The translations under genes and the position numbers were made by a program. 64,000 nt of DNA from Vermamoeba vermiformis (Eukaryota). The notes under the pieces are model-generated. The model was not told where the DNA came from. It saw only the letters and a program-made list of their open reading frames with translations, and ran no database searches. Positions within the stretch are counted from its first letter, which is position 1. Every line of letters begins with the position of its first letter. Below, piece by piece: positions 54,127-64,000 of the stretch. Where the stretch lies: the NCBI GenBank assembly GCA_045837725.1, contig JBEWZL010000101.1, positions 62,001-126,000 of the forward strand, in the 5' to 3' direction.

Positions 54127-56977
54127 ATGAGCGCGAAAGAGTACACGATTGCCGATATATTTGATGCAGCAAAGACCAATGACAGCAAAAAGTTGCTTGA
54201 TATTCTATGCAACTCCGAAATTAATTACCTTCGCCAGTTAAGACAAACATTAGTAGGCGATCTGTGGGCTCTTGAAACGGTAGGATATTTTAATTGAATA
54301 TTTTGAATATTATAAAAGTATTTTTTGAAAATTAATTAATAATTAATAAAATTCAAGGCGTTACTGCACGGAAATATGGAAGCGGCGAATGTACTAGCGT
54401 GGTATGAATTACGCGGTGGAGAAGTAGACTCCAACACTAAACCGGACAATATTACAATATCAAAGTCTGCCTGGTGCGATTGTTTAAGTAAGCGCTTGCT
54501 TAAGAATTGCATATCACGCGTTTGGCACCTAATTTTACCGGAAATACAGGCTCCTCTGTACTTCGCATGAAAAAAATGTATAGGAAGAAGCTACGAGCCC
54601 CCTCAGACTATGTAGAGCACATATTCAATCACGGATCATACCACCAATTAAGAGCAAGGGAGTGGCATCCTTTTTATTATGTAGTGCGCGATTACTACAG
54701 CAAAATTTTGACGCCGTTTGAAGCCATCGCGCATCCGGCGGCGTTCATGGCCTTAGTGCGACTAGACGACAAATTTCGGATCCTCAGTCCAGAAGGTAAG
54801 CAGCTCTTCAACACTACACTACACCACTCGCTCGGGCTTGTTGGGCGTTAAGTTCTCAGAAATTTCAATTTTGTTTTTTTTCGGTCAAAATTTGGTCAAC
54901 GCGTACTGACCTGTTTGATTTCCGTAGGATACTCTCTCGCAATGCATATCGTAATGTCAAGGAGTATTAACAAGCAGCACAAGCTCGCCATGCTACAATT
55001 CCTTGAATTCTTCGACGAAGAAGTTTTTCAGATCCCGAGTGGCCCTGAGGGACTCGTGCCGTCAGTTTATTGCTTGAAGACGAATCAAGTGTTTTTATTT
55101 GAGCGAATTCCAGTGTTGAAAGACTTTTCTAAATGTACGTCAGCTCATTTAAGGTAGTTCGAACTAACTTACATGCTGCAGTCCGATTTAACGACGGTAA
55201 AACAATCATGAATTATTACACCAATAACAAAATTTCGATGATAACTGCTAATCAAAGAAGAAAAGTTTATACTGAGACGTAAGCTAGGCCATCAAACGAT
55301 AAATTGATAATTAATTATTGTATATACAATAGGGATGGTGCGTTAAACACTTTCCTAATAAGGAATATAACCAGCGGAAGTGATACAAAGTATTATGATA
55401 GTAAGTTAGATGAGTTTATCGATACGATAAATGTAACCAAAGAGCCAATAACAAATTAATGCTTTCGCAGATCTGGCTATCGAAGCGATAGAGACGCTAT
55501 TCAACAACGGCAAGCAAGATCAATTGAAAGAATATGCCGATATGATAGCTGCGACAGACGACGCAGTAATGGGGGCTTACATGCTGCAGATCGGCTACCA
55601 ATTCGACAGTCTGAACAAATTCAGAAACAATCGTAAGCAACTCTATTCTGAGCCTCCTTTACTATATTTATATTATTATATAGTATTAGCCCTAACGAGC
55701 AAGAAAGAATATTTCAAGCAAGATCCGCAGACTTCATTCGACTTTATTAATCTCCCGCGCGAGATGTTGGAGCTAATTATGGTAGAGCTGTCAGCACGTG
55801 ACGTAATGAGCCTATTTATGGTCACTAAGCAGATGCACCAATGGTTCCAAACCTTCGATAGTGCTCTACTATGGCAAAATGTGCTAAAAAATACGAAGAT
55901 CTCGCTCGACGGAGACATTCCGATGCCGACCAAAGACATGAAAAGATACGTTTTGAATACGGAAAGGTACACGTATCATTTACATTGATGGTAAATTAAC
56001 TAGGCTCAATTTAGATACCGTCGCAATTGGCGGAGAGGAAAATTCCGAGAACGACTTTTGTACTCCAGGCCTGGAGAAAGTGTTCGCGACTACACACTCG
56101 ATGACGATTGGTTGTGTACAGTATCATATGGACCTAACACGCTGCGATATACAAACTTGCACACCGAACAGACTTTTACATTGGCTCCGTCCGGCAACCC
56201 GCACAGGTACATCACTCAATGCTTCTTAGATCCGCAGCCATTGTCCGCGCCACTTGTTGCGTTGTACAGCTCACATGGTGAACTGTATTATGGACGACTT
56301 GGCGATGAAATTACGAAGAGTAAGATACAGCTGGAGGCTTCTTATGATTATGGCCTGATTCATGCGCAAAGTCACGACCGAGTGGTAGCATCAAAACGTA
56401 CGTGGAACTAAATGAAATTTCGTTGTTTGTTGCTAACCAAACCTCATTTGCAGATCTGCAAGTCGTGGATATGAATACTCAGCAAGTCGTAGCAGCGCCT
56501 GGATTTCGCGTGTCAGAAGCAATACCACACGCGTTCAATCGTTCAATGACCATTGCCAATCAGGGCAATGAGGTAATGCTACTCGACAAGAACATGCTCG
56601 TAGTGCAGCAACTGATGGTCCAACTGACTGACATGCCCTCGGTGAGACTGATTGGCATGATCGACGAATTCACTTTGGCTGTGGGTGCGATCAAGGGTAT
56701 CAATCTGTATGACACTCGCAAACTTGAAGCAGACAACTATCAACTATTGATGGAATGCAACTCAACAAGATATGTCAGTTTAGATGCGAGAAATCAACGC
56801 ATGTTGGCGCCAGTAGGGCCGTATCAGATGTCCGCGCAAATTGACTTGAAAACGCGGCAATGGGAGCGAGTGTGGAAAAATTTCAAGACTATGTATTACA
56901 ACCCATACCCGCGCATCAACGGCAGATACATGGTGTTCCTAGGCTCGCAAGTCAAGGTCTATGACTTCAGTGTATAG
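54127..56977 (+). CDS. Protein with ankyrin-like N-terminus, internal F-box and C-terminal beta-propeller-like region
   Basis: MSAKEYTIADIFDAAKTNDSKKL; F-box FINLPREMLELIMVELSARDVMSLFMVTKQMHQW...LLWQNV; RRNWRRG; INLYDTRK and VKVYDFSV WD-like ends. Confidence 0.7.
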
Positions 56978-57218
56978 ATTTGCTGTCAAATTGCTTGTAC
57001 TAAAATAGGATCATACAAATTTGGATAAATTGCGATTCAATCCGTGGTCATTTGTATTAACAATAACAAATGAAATAAACTAAAAAAAGTTGTAACAATC
57101 ATGTGACTTTTCGCTGACGTGACTTGACAACAAGGTACAACATTTGTCCCCTGACGAGACAGGACCGGCGTTAGAACTTGTGCTTTTATTCCCGCTACAC
57201 ACAAGACAGAAGACAACA

Positions 57219-57635
57219 ATGGAGACGTCACTCGACTCATTTGATCGCGAGGTCATCAATGTTGACCACGGAATTAAATACGAAGGCTACTGGGCCACAT
57301 CTGCTGAGGACAAATCGTCCAATTTTCCTTTTCCATGTAGATACGATGCTCCTTGGGCCGGAAAGGATGTATTCGTAAGAAAATTGCGAGAAAAACAAGA
57401 GAAAGCGGAAGTTCTTCGTTTCAAAGGGTTTTCGACCTGCAGATTGGTTGGTGCTGACGGATGCGTAGCTACCCCAGCAGGTTTTCTAGGAGAAGTATGC
57501 ATGAATGGAACGGCGGAGTACAAGATTACCGCGCCTAATGGCGAAGTGATTCACTGGCCTGAAGGATACGAACACTACATCCAAGTTCACAACGTCAAAC
57601 CCAGCAGAGAGTTTTACAATTTCATTATGAATTAA
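57219..57635 (+). CDS. Intronless 138-aa hypothetical protein, copy 2
   Basis: METSLDSFDRE...YEGYW...FKGFSTCRL...WPEGYEHYIQVHNVKPSREFYNFIMN; clear paralogue of 53441-53860. Confidence 0.85.
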   Translation: METSLDSFDREVINVDHGIKYEGYWATSAEDKSSNFPFPCRYDAPWAGKDVFVRKLREKQEKAEVLRFKGFSTCRLVGADGCVATPAGFLGEVCMNGTAEYKITAPNGEVIHWPEGYEHYIQVHNVKPSREFYNFIMN

Positions 57636-57692
57636 ACTAATTAATTAAATTGCAAGGTTAATAAATGCAACTTCGATCTACAATAGCTAAAT

Positions 57693-59397
57693 TTATTTAC
57701 AGGCAGATAGATCCAAGCACATCAGGATCGCGTCTTCATTCTCATCGCGGTAATAGTTATCTAAATACTTAGCAGGCTTAAATCCGAATTTTTGATACAA
57801 TTGTTGCGCACCCTTGTTGAATATTGACACGTGCAAGAAAATCTTTAAAAGAAAAAACAAAAGTTAGCAACTCGGATCCGACATTTTGACAACTCAAACA
57901 ACATTAGCAATGTGATGAATATGCTGTGAGTAGTATAGTAAATTGCGATAGGGTAGACTTACATGAGGGATGCCAGAGAGCTTGGCCCAGTCCACTACAT
58001 GCTGCATAAACTTGCTGCCAACACCGCGTCCTCGGCTGTGTGATGCGACAGCAATGCTGACCACTGTGACTTCGTTGTGTTTGATCCAAAAGCTCACGTA
58101 GCCTGCAATCACGTGCGTCACTGGCTCGTGTTGTTGTTGCTGACACGTGTCATCAATGTCCATGTCATCCGAGTCGTAGTACTGGTACTGGCGCAGCAAC
58201 TTCCTAGTTTGGCACAGCTCGCGCAGTTCGTGCTCATCGGCATCGATCTCGCGTTCTGCGACCAGTAAAAACACGTTGTTCTTGTACAGCGACTTCTTGA
58301 AGAAACTGCGTTGATAGGGCTCGAAAAATGATTCGTTCTCGATCAGCATGACGTCATCTAAATCTTCTTCCGTCATCTCGCGCAGGGTTACTGTTATAAC
58401 AGGAAATTATTTCAGATCCAGTACAAGTATTGAAATATTTGAAAGAAATCTTGATCGAATAGCTACGTACTCTTTTTCTCGTCGCATATAATCTTTTTAA
58501 ACTGTTCTGATGAAGGAATTGTTCGTTGATTTTGCGCCACAACTTGTTCTTGTAATTGTTTGCGTGAGCCACTCTTGCCGAGAGCATCTTCGTAACAAAT
58601 AGGGAATTGAAATTGCGGCCATAGGTCACGTGGTGGTAAGGCGAAGGGCGTCTTCAAGCACAAATGGTTCAATGGATGGACTGAGTTGTGGATCTCGCAT
58701 TTCTCGCATAGATCTACTTTAGGACAATTGAGACATATGAAGCGAGCTCCTATTATAGGTCCCGAGCATGAACTGCAGAATAATTCTTTGTGTACGATCA
58801 TCGCATCTGTTTCAAATTGTTATTCAGACGTGATTCAAGTCCGTATAATGTATATATTACCTTCTATAACCTTCTCGTCGACTAATAAAGGCAATGTCAT
58901 ATTTGGTCGCTTCTCAACTTCAGGTAATGGATAATACACTTTGATGAACAGATGGGCAGGTTGATGATGTTTCTTTTCGAGGTTCTCAGCTTCGCATATC
59001 TCACATAGATCGTAGTCTTCGCAAATGCTGCATCTGTAGCGAATACCGAGGATTGGAAAGTCACAAGCATCGCAAATTGCTTCGTGATCCAGTTGCTAAC
59101 CGAAGAGCGTTAATGTACGGTTATTGAGACGAAAAATATGTAGAAAATTGAGTAAGAAAGTTGTTATTGTGCGAAACATAACGAATAGATATGACAGATC
59201 TGAGTAAATTGAACCAAATTGAAAATATCTGAAATAAATTCAATTAAATACTGTAATAGCGCGATATTTCACTACTAATTATAAGCTTAATATAAAAGCA
59301 CTCCTCTATATTAATAAAAAGGTCTTATCGCTAACGCTCACATCCAGATGGGTTGAAGTCTTTAACATACCTTTATCGTGCTGCTAGCATTCAACAT
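57693..59397 (-). CDS. Tandem ZZ zinc fingers fused to RimI/Ard1-type GNAT acetyltransferase
   Basis: HEAICDACDFPILGIRYRCSICEDYDLCEICE; HKELFCSSCSGPIIGARFICLNCPKVDLCEKCE; REMTEEDLDDVMLIENESF, SIAVASHSRGRGVG, LHVSIFNKGAQQLYQKFGF, YYRDENEDAILM. Confidence 0.88.
58141..58152. promoter_or_regulatory. Palindrome TGACACGTGTCA (inside CDS, encodes part of DDTCQ)
   Basis: Exact 12-mer within an acidic/Gln insertion of the GNAT domain. Confidence 0.5.
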
Positions 59398-59599
59398 CTT
59401 ATGCTGATTAATTCATACTATGTTATTACGTCGATATATACATGTAACAGAACAGTCCGCAATGTTAAACTGTTCCACAGAAGTCAAAACTAAATCGCAG
59501 AGAAAGTACAGAAAAGTCGTCGAGGATATGTACAAGGTTTATTTTACTATAAGTTACACTATAAACATGATAATACAATGCTTATACATAGCACTGTAC

Positions 59600-61553
<1,954 letters not shown>

Positions 61554-61752
61554 AGTGCAGCTCTAGTGTTGATGTAACACGTAGATAAAATTAGTTAGAA
61601 ATGACAGCGAAGCATAGCGATAACGAAAAAAGATAAAAAATAAACTTGATAAAAAAGTTGGCACGAGATCCAGCTGCGAAACTCTTTTCTTCACTATTTT
61701 GACTGTCTGTAACATACGTGTAAATATTTGTAAATATTTGTGACTGTCAAAT

Positions 61753-62354
61753 ATGGCACAACCGCTCGACTTGCAAGATCCAGCGAAGTACGGCGCTAAA
61801 ATGGAAGAGATCGCAGAAGAAATTATGAGCCTTCAACACCAGGTAAAAATCATATAATTATTCAACTATTTATTGGATTAACTAGCTTGCGTAATGCTTG
61901 ATATCAAATTATTTTTATTTGTCTCAGATCTCTCAGATCCTCTTTTAGCCGCACCTCTTCAACGATTACTAAAATGGTGTTTTTGTAGCTTACAGATTTC
62001 GATAAAAGGCGCCAAAGTAACAGAGAAGCACTTACAGCAATGAAAAATCAAAAAGTACCTGACACCAAGCCGACGTGGGTCTGTGCGGGCGACTTCTTCG
62101 TGCGCATGCCTGCTGGCACTGTCAGAAGTGTAGTTGATAAAGGTAAATACGGCAACGCGAACAGATCCATTGGATGCGCAAGTTTTTAATCGCTCGTTCT
62201 AGAACAAGCTAAAATTGAAGAAGAGATTGAAGAGGCTCGCAAACTGATTAAAAACAAGACTACAGAGCTGAAGACTATGGAGGGCAAGTTAAATCAAGTT
62301 AGTGGATTTCATCTCAAGGGCATGTCGGTAGACGACCTTAAAATCGCCAAATAA
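61753..62354 (+). CDS. PDRG1: PDRG1-like prefoldin-family protein (3 exons)
   Basis: EEIAEEIMSLQHQ|LTDFDKRRQSNREALTAM...TWVCAGDFFVRM...|EQAKIEEEIEEARKLIKNK...GFHLKGMS. Confidence 0.85.
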
Positions 62355-62448
62355 ATGTATTGTTGCAATATGAATAGGCTTACGTAGATTAATATTAGGT
62401 GGATTCGGTTAAAAAAATTAACAAACATTTACTCAAATAAATAACAGC

Positions 62449-64000
62449 TTATTTCTTAGCTTGAGTAGCACCTTCAGTGCCCTCGCGCTTCTTATCTTCG
62501 GAGAACAGATAGTCGTTCATCTTCGTTGACAAGTTCTTGAATTTGTTCAAAAATCCACCGCTCTTTTCCTTCGGTTTCTACAATCGCTATTAGTACCGCG
62601 TAATAGTTACTATAGTCATTCAATACATACCTCGGCAGGCTTTTCAGTGGGATGAGGCTCTTCGTGCACTTCAGGGCCGTCTTGTGGGTGCACGTGCTCG
62701 TCGTCAGAAGAGTCGTCTTGCTTCTTGTTCTCGGGCTGTGTCTTCAAGCCAGAAACAATGGCAGTGGTCTTGTCTTTGAGCTGTTGAGTCAATGGCGCAA
62801 GAGCAGTGCCGACACGATTGAATTGACGGTTGACTTGGCCCATCAAAGTCGCGCCTTGCAAGCCCATGCCAGGGTGGTGAGGAGGATCGTCCTTGACGAG
62901 GCTCAAATCGACTTTAGTCTTCCACAATTGGAAGTTGAGTGTGCTCTTCCATTCGTCAATCCACAATGCGTTGTAGTCATTAAGAGGCTCTACAAAGGGT
63001 GTTATTGATACCGCTTATGTTGTATCGTTCGCTACTTACTGGCAGCAAAATCAGTGGCAGCGACAGCAGCCAAGGCAGATTGAATGTATTCGCCAAACTT
63101 GGCGCGGATCCAATCATCTGAACCTTCCCAGCCATTGGTCTTGTTGTTGTTCACCTTCTCGATAATATCTTCAATGAAGGCACGATCGAATGTGGACAAA
63201 GTGAAGGCCTCTGTGATGAGTGCGTTAATAAACTAGTGCAATACATGAATGAAGTGTTGACATACTGCGCAGTTCAGGCTTAGTGCACACAAATGTAGCG
63301 GTCTCAACATCAACGACGACATCGGCCTTGAGCACGTTGTTAGCGCTGGAGAAGAGGGCATTGGAAGTACCAATCAAATAGGACTTTTGTTTTTGCAAGA
63401 AGTCGATTTGAGGCAAGGACTATTGAAAAGTTAATGTACCACTCTTAATAGTAGAGATTATTATACGCACTTGATAAGGACTGAAGTAGCAAGCTTCGAA
63501 GATTTGCAAGGGGAAGGCGTACTTGGCAACAGCAGGCTTTTCAGGCTCGACACTTTCAGTATTGCCTTGGCTCTGAGAGATTGTTAGACCATATGACTCG
63601 ATTGATCAATAGATTACATCGTCGTTGGCGTTATTACGCACCATGTGTCGCAACAATTTAGGGAACAGTGACGCGAGGGCAACAATCGTATTGCATGTCT
63701 CGCCGATGGGGACACCGTAAAATACAACCTTCTTCTCGCTAGAGAAATGGCGAGTTAGCGCGAAGTATAATAAAAATATTAATAGCTTGGCACTTACAGG
63801 CACATGAGTTTCACTAAGTTAATAACACGCTTGCCCCATTTGCGCACGAGTTGATCCAAATTGATGCCCAAGTGAAGGGTCTCGTTGTCCAAAACTTTAG
63901 CGCGGAATCGTTCGTTCAATTGAGTGTAAACAGCCTCTAATATAGCAGTGTCTGAGAATGATTTTTGTCCAAAATAGGCTTGTGTAACGGTATCGAGGAT
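62449..64000 (-). CDS. AVL9: AVL9/DENN-like late secretory pathway protein (5' part outside the window)
   Basis: EKKVVFYG, LASLFP, FPLQIF...SPYQSLPQIDFL, SYLIGTSNALF, WEGSDDWIRAKFGEYI, WKSTLNFQLW, HPGMG. Confidence 0.88.

Overview
This is compact, intron-rich eukaryotic nuclear DNA, probably from a free-living amoeboid protist (taxon not determinable from the sequence alone). It has short GT-AG introns (GTAAGT/GTACGT donors, CTAAY-like branch points) and about 24 closely packed genes; gene spans include introns and were assembled by hand. Recognisable genes: copine, archease, HHIP/HIPL1-like protein, GT48 1,3-beta-glucan synthase, ABCH/ABCG-type half transporter, KRR1, PDRG1, AVL9 and about 8 cullin-RING adaptor-type genes (F-box or BC-box). 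Main highlights: (1) an SREBP-like membrane-tethered bHLH with Arg in place of the diagnostic Tyr, whose upstream region holds an SRE flanked by two CCAAT boxes and is shared with a divergent ABC exporter; (2) a perfect 12-bp palindrome TGACACGTGTCA recurring every 2-11 kb in introns, intergenic DNA and even coding loops; (3) unusual fusions (F-box-importin-beta, Ki-67-like FHA-bromodomain, ZZ-ZZ-GNAT, hydrolase-WH2); (4) an intron-containing, bacterial-looking beta-helix gene that appears to be decaying; (5) two intronless paralogues of possible viral or bacterial origin. No rRNA, convincing tRNA, CRISPR array or transposase was seen.
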